From contig NC_043024.1 in NCBI RefSeq assembly GCF_006345805.1, forward strand, positions 10,354,001-10,418,000: a stretch of DNA of 64,000 nt, written 5' to 3'. Shown here one piece after another: positions 24,240 through 37,110 of the stretch (within the stretch, counting starts at the first letter, position 1; the number at the start of each line of letters is the position of its first letter). Under the pieces are notes generated by a model. The model saw only the letters and a program-made list of their open reading frames with translations. It had not been told where the DNA came from and searched no databases. Source of the DNA: Octopus sinensis. Its lineage: Eukaryota. Both the position numbers and the translations under genes were made by a program.

Positions 24240-25829
24240 GAAGAATGAAGGAAGAGAGGAGTGTGCGGGGGGAGGAGAGGAATTAGAGACAGGGAGAGAG
24301 AGAGACAGGCAGGCGGGCAGAGAGAGAGATGGACAGAGAGAGAGAGATAGAGCGAGAGGGTGACAGAGCGAGAGGGAAGAGAGGAGTGTGGGGAGAGAGA
24401 GACAGGCAGGCAGGCAGAGAGAGATAGAGACGAACAGAGAGAGGGAGATAGAGCGAGAGGGTGACAGAGCGAGAGGGAAGAGAGAAGTGTGCGGAAGGAG
24501 GAAAGAAATTAAGCAGGGAGAGAGAGACAGGCAGGCAGGCAGAGAGAGATAGAGACGAACAGAGAGAGGGAGATAGAGCGAGAGGGTGACAGAGCGAGAG
24601 GGAAGAGAGAAGTGTGCGGAAGGAGGAAAGAAATTAAGCAGGAAGACGGACAGGCAGGCAGAGCGAGAGGGAGATAGAGAGAGAGGGAGATAGAGAAAGA
24701 GGGAGATAGAGCGAGGAGACAGAGCGAGAGGATGACAGAGTGAGAATGCGAGAGGGAGAGGGTGAGAGAGCGAGAGGGAGACAGAGCGAGAAGGAGATAG
24801 AGAGAGGGTGACAGAACGAGGAGACAGAGCGAGAGGGAGATAGAGCGAGAGGGAGATAGAGCGAGAAGGTGACAGAGCGAGAGGGAGACAGAGTGAGAGA
24901 AGACAGAGCGAGAAGGAGTGACAGAGCGAGAGAGATACAGAGCGAGACGGAGATAGAGTGAGAGGAAGAGAAAGCGAGAGGAGACAGAGCGAGAGGGAGA
25001 TAGAAAGAGAGGGAGTTAGAGCGAGAGGGAGACAGAGCGAGAGGGTGACATATACACGGATGTGGTTGATATGAGAGTCACAGAGAAGAGGGAAGGACGG
25101 AGTGTAGAAAAAGAGAAATAGGTTAATCAGAGAGAGTGGGAGTAAGAGAGATAGAGGAAGAGAAGGAGTGAGAGAGATACAGAGGGTGAGAGGAGTAGAT
25201 AAGCGGTGATGATTGATAAAGTATGAGACGTATAGAGAGGAGGGAAGGAAGGACAGTATAGAAAGAGAAAGGAGTTAATCAGAGAGAGAAAGAAAGGGGA
25301 GTGAGAGATATACAGAGAGGGGGTGAGAGAGAGATATATAGGCGGAGGTGGTTGATAAAGTATGAGACATACAGAGAGGAGGGAAGGGAGGAGTGTATAG
25401 AAAGAGAAAGAAGTTAGTCAGAGAGAGGGGCATATTACAGGAGATGATTGATAAAGTATGAAATATATGGAGAGGGAGAAAGGAGGAAGAGTATAAGAAG
25501 AGAAAGAAGTTAGTCAAAGAGGGAGGAGGAGTAAGAGAGAGAGAGGCGGAGATGGTTGATAGCGTTAAAGCCGCACAGAGAGGAGGGAAGGGAGGAGTGT
25601 ACAGAAATAGAAAGAAGTTAGTCAGAGAGGGAGAGGGAGTGTAAAAGAGGCACAGAGAGGAGGGAAGGGAGGAGTGTACAGAAATAGAAAGAAGTTAGTC
25701 AGAGAGGGAGAGGGAGTGTAAAAGAGGCACAGAGAGGAGGGAAGGGAGGAGTGTATAGAAAGAGAAAAAAGTTAGTGAAAGAGCGAGAGGGAGTAAGAGA
25801 GAGAGCGGAAAGATGATAGATAAAGTATA

Positions 25830-25868
<39 letters not shown>

Positions 25869-25925
25869 GAGACAATTTGATAAAGCAGAGAGAGAGAGAA
25901 GGAGAGAAAGCGGGCGAGGCAGAGA
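24240..25925 (+). repeat. 1.7-kb purine-rich (GA)n-based minisatellite
   Basis: GAGCGAGAGGGAGATA units, a direct duplication of about 120 bp, and GAGGGAAGGGAGGAGTG..AGAAAGAAGTTAGTCAGAG units. Confidence 0.9.
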
Positions 25926-26224
25926 TATATAAAAAAAAAACAATGGCCAGCCAAGTGACACCAAAAGATAATAAAAAAACCATAGCCACCTCTATAAAAA
26001 AGTGTGGTTTTGATAACATAAACCGTACTTTTGCTAATTGCCCCAAGGTATCATGTAGTTGTGAGCTGATAAAAACTTATCTTCTTGGCCCAAAGTTCTC
26101 AATCGGGGCCCCATATAATTATTGTTTTGAGTTTGCACACAAGGAAAATAATAAAACTGGGGGGTCGGTCCATGGTTAGTATTTTAAGGACCCAGGACAA
26201 AATTCTGTATTTATTGCAAGAAAT

Positions 26225-26942
26225 TATTGGGATCTTTTCATTGTGGATGTTTTCACTTTGACCGGCAGATTTTAAAAATAATTTCTTTGTAATAGGCGCA
26301 GGAGTGGCTGTGTGGTAAGTAGCTTGCCTACCAACCACACTGTCAACCAACCACATGGTTCCGGGTTCAGTCCCACTGCATGGCACCTTGGGCAAGTGTC
26401 TTCTACTATAGCCTCGGGCCGACCAAAGCCTTGTGAGTGGATTTGGAAGACGGAAACTGAAAGAAGCCCGACGTATGCGTAGGAGTGGCTGTGTGGTAAG
26501 TAGCTTGTTTACCAACCACATGGTTCCGGGTTCAATCCCACTGCGTGGCACCTTGGGCAAGTGTCTTCTTCTATAGCCTTGGGCCAACCAAAGCCTTTTG
26601 AGTGGATTTGGTAGACGGAAACTGAAAGAAGCCCGTCGTATATATGTATGCGTGTGTGTGTTTGTGTGTCTGTGTTTGTCGCCCTAGCATTGCTTGACAA
26701 CCGATGCTGGTGTGTTTACGTCCCCGTTACTTAGCGGTCCGGCAAAAGAGGCCGATAGAATAAGTACTGGGCTTACAAAAGAATAAGTCCCGGGGTCGAG
26801 TTTCTCGACTAAAGGCGGTGCTCCAGCATGGCCGCAGTCAAATGACTGAAACAAGTAAAAGAGAGTAACTACAATAATTTCTTGGTGACTGCAAAGAAAT
26901 TATTCTAAAAATCTGTCGGTCTGAGTGAAAAGATCCCAATAA
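26225..26942. mobile_element. Foldback element with TTATTGGGATCTTTTCA termini, interrupted by a SINE A dimer
   Basis: Arms 26225-26290 and 26885-26942 are reverse complements. Confidence 0.6.
26293..26865 (+). mobile_element. SINE family A dimer (5' part plus full copy)
   Basis: Two consecutive heads. Confidence 0.85.
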
Positions 26943-27091
26943 ATATTTTACACAAAATAATTTTTGTTAAACAAAGTAAATAAAACAAAAACACAAAGTA
27001 AGGATCGACTAGTCACGACTAGCTAGCACGGATACGCGAGTGCGCACACCGGGACCACTCTTCTTAAGTAGTACCTATGTACACATATTTT

Positions 27092-28262
27092 TTTTCTTTA
27101 CTGCCCACAAGGGGCTAAACACAGAGGGGACAAACAAGGACAGACAAACGGATTAAGTCGATTATAGTGACCCCAGTACGTAACTGTACTTAATTTATCG
27201 ACCCCGAAAGGATGAAAGGCGAAGTCGACCTCGGCGGAATTTGAACTCAGAACGTAGCGGCAGACTAAATACCTATTTCTTTACTGCCCACAAGGGGCTA
27301 AACACAGACAGGACAAACAAGGACAAAGGGATTAAGTCGATTACATCGACCCCAGTGCATAACTGGTACTTATTTAATCGACCCCGAAAGGATGAAAGGC
27401 GAAGTCGACCTCGGCGGAATTTGAACTCAGAACGTAGCGGCAGACTAAATACCTATTTCTTTACTGCCCACAAGGGGCTAAACACAGACAGGACAAACAA
27501 GGACAAAGGGATTAAGTCGATTACATCGACCCCAGTGCATAACTGGTACTTATTTAATCGACCCCGAAAGGATGAAAGGCAAAGTCGACCTCGGCGGAGT
27601 TCGAACTCAGAACCTAACGGCCGACGAAATACCGCAAAGCATTTCGCTTGGCGTACTAACGACATACCCATGTACCCATACATATTTCTTTACTACCCAC
27701 AACGAGCTAAACACAGAGAGGACAAACAAGGGCAGACAAAGGGATTAAGTTGATTAGATCGACCCCAGGGCGTAACTTGTACTTAATTTATCGAACCCGA
27801 AAGGATGAAAGGCAAAGTCGACCTCGGCGGAATTTGAACTCAGAATGTAACGGCAAACGAAATACCTATTTCTTTACTACCCACAAGGGGCTAAACATAG
27901 AGGGGACGAACAAGGACAGACATAGGTATTAAGTCGATTACATCGACCCCAGTGCGTAACTGGTACTTTATTTATCGACCCCGAAAGGATGAAAGGCAAA
28001 GTCGACCTCGGCGGAATTCGAACCCAGAAATACCGCTAAGCATTTCGCCCGGCATGCAAACATCTCTTATTTCTTTATTGCTCACAAAGGGCAACACACA
28101 GGGGACAAACAAGGACAGACAAAGGGATTAAGTCGATTACATCGACCCCGAAAGGATGAAAGGCAAAGTCTACCTCGGCGGAATTCGAACCCAGAACGTA
28201 GCGGCAGACGAAATACCGCTAAGCATTTCGCCCGGCGTGCTAACGACATACCCATGTACCCC
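27092..28262 (-). mobile_element. SINE family B array, six units
   Basis: Units start at about 27094, 27274, 27454, 27684, 27866 and 28069. Confidence 0.9.
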
Positions 28263-28269
28263 CCTCCCA

Positions 28270-28430
28270 GCAAAACGTTCGACGTCGACGTTGGTCCATT
28301 CGACGTTTCTGACGACAACGTCGCCGACGTTCAAAACGCCCAACCGCCCAAACCGGAAATGACGTCACGGCTCATCATTATCGCTCTCCGCATCCAGTCT
28401 CAGTTGCAGTTCGAGTTCCGGTTCCGGTAG
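28270..28430 (+). promoter_or_regulatory. ARPC2 CpG-rich promoter with ETS-CRE composite CCGGAAATGACGTCA (28353-28367)
   Basis: CpG-dense island in AT-rich DNA about 500 bp upstream of the ARPC2 ATG; perfect CRE overlapping an ETS core; TTCCGGTTCCGG downstream. Confidence 0.6.
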
Positions 28431-28872
28431 TTCTCCTCTGTTTTTGTTATTTTCTTACCTCCTTTTCCTCTCCTCTCCACAAAAGACAAAATCTCTTTCC
28501 CTCTTTTCTTCCACCAGAGCCGAAAAACCCCCCCGAAAAGCCTTTTCATCTGGGACATGATATAACACGTCTATTAACAATTTTACACACACACACCCCC
28601 CTTTTTTTTAATTGATCAATTAGCGAAGCACCTGGTCAATTAAGGGGCGATCGGACCTTCCCAGACGCATAAATATTGATATATATCGATTTATGTGAAG
28701 GTTTTTGTGTGGTGTGAGGAGTCGGGAAAGTTTCAAGTAGGAGAAAGTTTCTGGTCCGAAATATTTTTGTGAAATTTTTTGGGCTTTTATTATTATTATT
28801 ATTATTTTTTTTTATACAAAAAAAACCGGAAAAAAAGGGGAAAAAAATTGCTCCAGCTGAAATACATCCGTG

Positions 28873-28946
28873 ATGATATTGTTAGAGATTCATAATCGTA
28901 TAGTGGAGGAAACTTTACGACTCAAGTTCAAAAATGCCTCGGAAGG
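28873..28946 (+). CDS. ARPC2: Arp2/3 complex subunit 2 (p34-Arc) first coding exon (MILLEIHNRIVEETLRLKFKNASEG)
   Basis: Matches human ARPC2 N-terminus [33 protein letters not shown] donor; 74 nt, phase 2; below the ORF-track cutoff. Confidence 0.93.
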
Positions 28947-28974
28947 GTGAGTACAAAGATTATATATATGTGTA

Positions 28975-29204
28975 TATATGTATGTATATATGTGTATATA
29001 TATTTATATGTATGTATATTGCTCTGTGTATATGTATATTTCTGTTATAAACACACCCATCAAATCAATCTGTTCTCTCTCTCTCTATATATATACCCAT
29101 CACTGTCTTTTTTATATGTATATATATGTATATATATATATATGTATATATTGCTCTGTGTATATGTCTATTTCTATAAACACACCCATCAAATCAATCT
29201 GTTC

Positions 29205-29271
<67 letters not shown>

Positions 29272-29381
29272 ATATTGCTCTGTGTATATGTATATTTCTG
29301 TTATAAACACACCCATCAAATCAGTCTGTTCTATATATGTATATATATATATATACCCATCACGGCCTTTTTTATTTTGCT

Positions 29382-29418
<37 letters not shown>

Positions 29419-29992
29419 GTATGGATTTCAAAATAGAAAATTACTCTTTAACGGGTAATTTTTACATGCTAGAAATAGCAGCCAACACGGCCAAAAACCA
29501 CAGTTTTATAGCAAATTTCGAAGTACATGAAAAATAAAAACCTTTATGTACCTATATATATATGTATGTATATTGCTCTGTGTATATGTCTATTTCTATA
29601 AACACACCCATCAAATCAGTCTGTTCTATATATATCCATCACTGTCTTTTTATTTTGCTTATATATATATATATATACACAAACACACACACATATATAT
29701 CCGTTGTTCTTTTTTGTCTATATATACATAACTGTTCTATACACACTGGTGTGTGTGTAATAAATAATGTATACGCACATACATACACCCACCCACCGAC
29801 TTAGCTTCTATACCGCTACTTCATATATATAGAAAGTATATATATATATAATCATATACGCCCACAGATACACTTTAAGATTATATACATATATATACAT
29901 ATATATATATATGTGTGTGTGTGTGTGTATCAAATTTTGTTACTCTTTGATGTTATATATACATACATTTAACACACACACAACTATATAGT

Positions 29993-30041
<49 letters not shown>

Positions 30042-30154
30042 ATATTGCTCTGTGTATATGTATATTTCTGTTATAAACACACCCATCAAATCAGTCTGTT
30101 CTATATATGTATATATATATATATACCCATCACGGCCTTTTTTATTTTGCTTAT

Positions 30155-30204
<50 letters not shown>

Positions 30205-30790
30205 GATTTCAAAATAGAAAATTACTCTTTAACGGGTAATTTTTACATGCTAGAAATAGCAGCCAACACGGCCAAAAACCAGAGTTTTATAGCAAATTTC
30301 GAAGTACATGAAAAATAAAAACCTTTATGTACCTATATATATATGTATGTATATTGCTCTGTGTATATGTCTATTTCTATAAACACACCCATCAAATCAG
30401 TCTGTTCTATATATATCCATCACTGTCTTTTTATTTTGCTTATATATATATATATATATACACAAACACACACACATATATATCCGTCGTTCTTTTTTGT
30501 CTATATATACATAACTGTTCTATACACACTGGTGTGTGTGTAATAAATAATTGTATACGCACATACATACACCCACCCACCGACTTAGCTTCTATACCGC
30601 TACTTCATATATATAGAAAGTATATATATATATAATCATATACGCCCACAGATACACTTTAAGATTATATACATATATATACATATATGTGTGTGTGTGT
30701 GTGTGTGTGTGTATCAAATTTTGTTACTCTTTGATGTTATATATACATACATTTAACACACACACAACTATATAGTGTATATATATATAT
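28975..30790 (+). repeat. TA/CA-rich region with a 781-bp tandem duplication and shorter subrepeats
   Basis: TTTACATGCTAGAAATAGC at 29461 and 30242; TATATTGCTCTGTGTATATG occurs six times. Confidence 0.9.
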
Positions 30791-33014
30791 ATATATATAC
30801 ACACGCACTCACACCATTCACGTATTACTGACTGATATATATAAACCTTTTTGCTTTTTTTCTTCCCTTTTCATTATCAAAAAGCTATAAATGCTTTCAT
30901 TACAAAAGAAAGTGTGTTAAATATTTCCCCTGGTTCCGCCATCTCACAACCGTTGCCCTGTCACACCTCGCTTTGTGTCTGACACGGTTTCAATACCGCG
31001 TCAAACTTTATTGTTCACCCTTCCTGGGCCGTTGTCGATATAATATAATCTAACACCAAATCAAGCACCGAGGTGGGATTTAATTATCTCATACGAGTGT
31101 CGTGTCTCCAAGGAATTAATTAAACGAAGCAACGGCTGGGAACCCCCAGAACTAATTGTGTTTATGGACAAGGATGTTAGTTAAGCAAGGCACAACTACA
31201 CTTTGATGCCACACCGTTTATTTCTCCCATAACTCTCTCACGGATGTATATTTTTTAATGAAATTTTGTACATGTATGTTTTCTAGGGTGTAGCTTACGA
31301 TTATGTCGATAATATAAAAAATTTACCAAAAGATGTATTTTTGAATGAGTCTTTGGATCATCCTGTTCCCACTTTTGCCTTTGTTTCCTGATAATTCTCT
31401 TCAAATGGTGTATTTTTAAATGACATTTTATAGAATTATATTTTCGAGAATGTAGATTATAATTATGCTGATAAAATCTTAAAAATTATATACTTTAGGA
31501 TTTTCAGATCGCTTTTTCTTTCTTCCCTATCATCAATTTCTGTGATTTTATAAGTTAATGTTATATTTTTTTTAGATTTATATATTTGAAATATCAACAT
31601 TAAATAATCCTTCACTCTCAAAAACATTTTTTTTACAAAATTTCCTTTAAAAATAAAAATGTGAATTTTGGAAAGTTGTGAAGAGACAAAGTCGAGAAGA
31701 GAGGAAGGAGAATGATCCGGAATTCCTTGAAAACATTAAAAATTTTTAATATTATCAACAGAATTTTAATCTCCACCCTTGAAAATGCATCACTGCAAAA
31801 TTTCTTTAAAAAATACACATTATTTAGAAAATTATGTGGAAACTAATTTATGGGAGTATCGAACTGTAGTTATGCCCTGTAATAAATCCTCCACCGCTGT
31901 TTAACACCAGGTTAGCTCTGATCAGATAGAACTATGATCATAGCGTTCCATATATGACCATCTCGTTTATTTTGGAGTAGTGTCATCGCAGACTATTATC
32001 CACACTGTGTGTATCTGTCCTTTTGTAGATGATAAAGTGCGAAATGAGGTGGGTAATTTGAATTTAGGTTGAACGACCACCTCTGTGGTTCCGTCTTTGA
32101 TGTCTTCCCGTCCACTCACCGAATTTCTGCGAGGAACAGCAAATTTTATTCTCTTAATTAGCCTTGGTAGATAACATTGTATAATTACTGTAATTAACGC
32201 GGAATGTGCGTGTATGATGCGCCTGTCAGACGAAGGATTAATTTATAAAAAATAACACTCAAGGAAGTGCTAGAAATAGCAGCCATGGGATGGGTTTGTG
32301 TAAAACTAGAATGCATTTTATTTGATCCTAAAGGTCAGGCTCGATCGGGGCCGCTAATCTCAGATGTGTGTCTCTGTGGGAGGCTACCCAACCATGGCCA
32401 CCACCGCTGTATGTATATATGTGACAGTATATATATAACAGTGGAAATAAGATTGTAGGAAGGTGGCGGAATATTGTTGGTGAAACCGTTCGACATTCCA
32501 CGTCTCTTCCGTGATTTTATATATGTATATATTATAATAAGGCGGGGTTGTCACGTTTGGAATGTCTTCGTTTTAGAGAGTTAACAACAACAGCAGTAAG
32601 AACGATTTGTATTTGAAAGTATGAAAGAAAATATTTTAAAGAATATAGAAAATGGAATCGATTGTTCTTTGATTCTTCACCCAATACTTATGTAATCACC
32701 GATCTGACTGTCACGTTGCTGAAGATTCGATCTTTGGAATCGCCCGTGTCACGTTCCGCTAATTAATTTCTTCTCCCAAATCGACCCTAATTAACACAGA
32801 GAGCACCTGTCCGGGGTTGTTAGCTTTTTTGTTTAAAAAAGAAAAAATTATAGAAAAACGTTTCTATCGCCTCCTTCACCGCCACCACATTTGAAAAATT
32901 TTCTGTTAATTTTACCCAAATTTTAAAATTTTAACAACTGTCACAGACATTTGACATGTGGCTGATCGATTATTGAACTGTGAAAAACCTTTATTGTTAT
33001 ATTATTATTATTAT

Positions 33015-33385
33015 TATTTCGTCTGCCGCAACGGTCTGAGTTCAAATTCCGCCGAGGTCGACTTTGCCTTTCATCCTTTCGGGGGTCGATTAAATAAGTA
33101 CCAGTTACGCACTGGGGTCGATATAATCGACTTCATCCGTCTATCTGTCCTTGTTTGTCCCCTCTGTGTTTAGCCCCTTGTGGGTAGTAAAGAAATAGGT
33201 ATTTCGTCTGCTGCTATGTTCTGAGTTCAAATTCCGCCGAGGTCGACTTTGTCTTTCATCCTTTCGGGGGTCGATTAAATAAGTACCAGTTACTCACTGG
33301 AGTCGATATAATCGACTTAATCCGTCTATCTGTCCTTGTTTGTCCCCTCTGTGTTTAGCCCCTTGTGGGTAGTAAAGAAATAATA
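33015..33385 (+). mobile_element. SINE family B dimer with (AAT)n tail
   Basis: Same AAAGAAATA-GGTATTTCGTCTG junction. Confidence 0.88.
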
Positions 33386-33799
33386 ATAATAATAATAATA
33401 ATTAATTATTATTATTATTGCTTTACGGCCTTTCGTTCGTCTTAACGTTCTGAGTTCAAATTCCGCTGAGGTCGACTTTGCTTTTCATCCTTTCGGGGTC
33501 GAGAAGATAACTACCAACGAAGTACTGGGGTCTATGTAACCAACTTAACCCGCCCCACAAAATTTCAAGACTTGTGCATTACATAATAGAAGTAATAATA
33601 ATAATAATAATAATGATAATAATAATAATAATGATCCTTTCTGCTACAGGTATAAGGCCTGAAACTGGGGGAGAGGGGGCTAGTCGATTACATCGACCCC
33701 AGTGTTTAACTGGCGCTTATTTTATCGATCCCCCGAAAAGGACGGAAGGCAAAGTCTACTTCGACTGAATTTGAACTCAGAATTGGTGTAATACTATTT

Positions 33800-34345
33800 A
33801 CTCTTTTACTTCAGTCATTTGACTGCGGCCATGCTGCAGCACCGCCTTTGGTCGATCAAATCGATCCCAGGACTTATTCTTTGTAAGCCCAGTACTTATT
33901 CTATCGGTCTCTTTTGCCGAACCGCTAGGTGACGGGGACATAAACACACCAGCATCGGTTGTCAAGCAATGCTAGAGGGACAAACACAAACACATACACA
34001 CACATATATACATATATACGACAAGCTTCTTTCAGTTTCCATCTACCAAATCCACTCACAAGGCCTTGGTCGGCCCGAGGCTATAGCAGAAGACACTTGC
34101 CCAAGATGCCACGCAGTGGGACTGAACCCGGAACCATGTGGTTGGTTAGCAAGCTACTTACCACACAGCCACTCCTGTATACATATACACATATACGCCG
34201 GGCTTCTTTCAGTTTCCATCTACCAAATCCACTCACAAGGCTTTGGTCGGCCCGGGGCTATAGCAGAAGACACTTGCCCAAGATGCCACGCAGTGGGACT
34301 GAACCCAGAACCATGTGGTTGGTTAGCAAGCTACTTACCACACAG
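33800..34345 (-). mobile_element. SINE family A, full copy plus duplicated 5' part
   Basis: Two consecutive head segments. Confidence 0.85.
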
Positions 34346-34809
34346 CCACTCCTGCACCTGATAATGATAATTATTCTTTTAGAACCATAGTGATGGTAGT
34401 GAAGTAGTCTAAGCACCATGCGAGATTCATCAAAATAGTCTGCATTCCAAAGTCCAAAACATTGGCAGGTTTCTTTTCTCTCTGTTCCTGTTAGACAAGT
34501 GTATCTAGGACTATTATTATCCAGTGTGATCGTTGCCCCACTTTTAAGACGGATGGATGTGTCACACGAGAGGGATTTGGTTGTTATATCTAGCAACCTA
34601 GTAATAGAGGCTACGTTACTAGATGAATACCAGTGATATGCTAGGCACTGAATCATGTAGATGGTCTTGTTGGTAGTCAAAAGAGGTAGACTAGGGGTAA
34701 TAGGGGCCAAGGAGGGAGTGTCTACGTTGTTGCTCAATTTGCTAGAAATAGCAGCCAGTTTTCTCTCAGATCGCTCCTGCTGCTGTCTTTGAATTAGAAA
34801 AATGACACA

Positions 34810-35175
34810 TAGGCGCAGGAGTGGCTGTGTGGTAAGTAGCTTGCTAACCAACCACATGGTTCCGGGTTCAGTCCCACTGCGTGGCACCTTGGGCAAATGT
34901 CTTCTACTATAGCCTCGGGCCGACCAATGCCTTGTGAGTGGATTTGGTAGACGGAAACTGAAAGAAGCCTGTCGTATATATGTATATATATATATATGTT
35001 TGTGTGACTGTGTTTGTCCCCCTAGCATTGCTTGACAACCGATGCTGGTGTGTTTATGTCCCCGTTACTTAGCGGTTCGGCAAAAAGAGACCGATAGAAT
35101 AAGTACTGGGCTTACAAAGAATAAGTCCTGGGGTCGATTTGCTTGGCCGCAGTCAAATGATTGAAACAAGTAAAA
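34810..35175 (+). mobile_element. SINE family A
   Basis: Near full length. Confidence 0.88.
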
Positions 35176-36111
35176 AAAAATACACTAAAAAAAAAAATAA
35201 ATGAAAATAAAAAGACGAGAAGGTCAAGAGTGGAATGTCTTTAATCACAGGTTTGCTCGTTTACAGTCGACATGTGGTCAAATACCAGGGAAAAAATATT
35301 TGGAAAAAAATAAAAGAAAAAAACCAACAAAAAAACATTTCATAGTAGATAAATAGACACACACACACAGTTTCTCTCTCATACATACATACATATCTAT
35401 TTATACACACACTGACACACATGTGACGCCCTCCCACCAACATGCTGATGTCTTCTTTTTTGTAGCTGTGTCTCACCCTCTCTCTCTTTTGCATACTATT
35501 TCTCTCTCTCTCTCTCTCTCACTTCTCCTCTCCTTTTTATCTTCTACAAGAAATTTAACTAATGATAGATCTAATTTCGTTTACTTGATCCAGTCATTGG
35601 ATCATGGCCATGCTGGGGCACCATTTTAATGGGTTTTTTTTCCTCTCAAACAAATCAGACACCAATCGTCATCATCATCATCATCATCATCGTCGTTTAA
35701 CGTCTGCTTTCCATGCTAGCATGGGTTGGACGATTTTGACTGTGGGCTGGCAAACCAGATGGCTGCACCAGGCTCCAATCTTGATCTGGCAGAGTTTCTA
35801 CAGCTGGATGCCCTTCCTAATGCCAACCACTCCGAGAGTGTAGTGGGTGCTTTTACATGCCACAGGCACGAGGGCCAGTCAGGCGGTACTGGCAATGACC
35901 TTGCTTGAATCTTTTTACACATGCCACCGACACAGGTGCCAGTAAGGCGAAGCTGGTAACAATCACGCTCGGATGGTGTCTTTTACATGCCACCGGCACG
36001 GAGGCCAAATAGCCGCTCTGGCAATGATCACACTTGGATGGTGCTCTTAATACCCTACTAGCACGGGGCTCAAATGCCAGTAAGGTGACATATATATATA
36101 TATATATATAT

Positions 36112-36418
36112 GTGGAGGCGCAATGGCCCAGTGGTTAGGGCAGCGGACTCACGGTTGCAGGATTGCGGTTTCGATTCCCAGACCGGACGTTGTGAGTGTT
36201 TATTGAGCGAAAACACCTAAAAAGCTCCACGAGGCTCTGACAGGGGGTAGTGGTGATCCCTGCTGTACTCTTTCACCACAACTTTCTCTCGCTCTTTCTT
36301 CTGTTGGCCTGCTCGCTTAGCCAGCGGGGTGGCGTCATTTGAAGGCTAAAACAATGCAAAGTGCATTTTGACCAGCAATGTGTAGCAACATCTGATAGCC
36401 TGGTCGGTCACGGTGATA
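36112..36418 (+). mobile_element. SINE family D
   Basis: Full-length, flanked by (TA)n. Confidence 0.85.
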
Positions 36419-36441
36419 TATATATATATACACTAAATATA

Positions 36442-36649
36442 CAGGGGGGCCCAAAAGTAGGTTTACAGTTATCGCTTAGGCCCTTTAAATTTCTTTTAAA
36501 ACATTTTACTACATTTAATTTCTATCTTACAATTAACTAAATTAGAATAGAATAATGGTTTCATATTTTTTTATCATTAAGATCTAAACTGTTAAGATAA
36601 GAATGCAAAAGAGATAGTTGAATAACTGTAAACCTGCTTTTGGGCCACC

Positions 36650-36652
<3 letters not shown>
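36442..36652. mobile_element. 211-bp Tc1/mariner-type MITE, about 30-bp TIRs, TA TSD
   Basis: CAGGGGGGCCCAAAAGTAGGTTTACAGTTAT / ATAACTGTAAACCTGCTTTTGGGCCACCCTG. Confidence 0.8.
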
Positions 36653-36707
<55 letters not shown>

Positions 36708-36711
36708 CACA

Positions 36712-37110
36712 CTCTTTTACTTGTTTCAGTCATTTGACTGTGGCCATGCTGGAGCACCGCCTTGAGTCGAGCAAATCAACCCTAGGGCTTATTCTTTGTA
36801 AGCCTAGTACTTATTCTATCGGTCTCTTTTGCCGAACTGCTAAGTTACGGGGACGTAAACACACCAGCATCGGTTGTCAAGTGATGTTGGGAGGACAAAC
36901 ACAGACACACAAAATATACACACACATACATATATATACATATACACGATGGGCTTCTTTCAGTTTCCGTCTACCAAATCCACTCACAAGGCTTTGGTCG
37001 GCCCAAGGCTATAGTAGAAGACACTTGCCCAAGGTCCTACGCAGTGGGACTGAACCCAGAACCATGTGGTTCGTAAGCAAGATACTTACCACACAACCAC
37101 TCCTACACCT
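36712..37110 (-). mobile_element. SINE family A
   Basis: Full-length match. Confidence 0.88.

Noticed and set aside
25943-26047. Possible novel first exon MASQVTPKDNKK...CPK|GTATCA
   Set aside because: Plausible Kozak context and donor but no recognisable homology, promoter or downstream exon; lies between repeats. RNA-seq would be needed.
27092-28262. CRISPR-like or other spacer array
   Set aside because: Eukaryotic DNA; units are whole SINE bodies with no unique spacers.
28947-30635. Long Y/I/C/V-rich ORFs (also 19549-20229, 49025-49819, 63452-63995)
   Set aside because: Translations of TA/CA/CT microsatellites.
33959-35028. Recurrent RQASFSFRLPNPLTR / GLNPEPCGW ORFs, up to 256 aa
   Set aside because: Chance frames through SINE A copies, repeated throughout the window.
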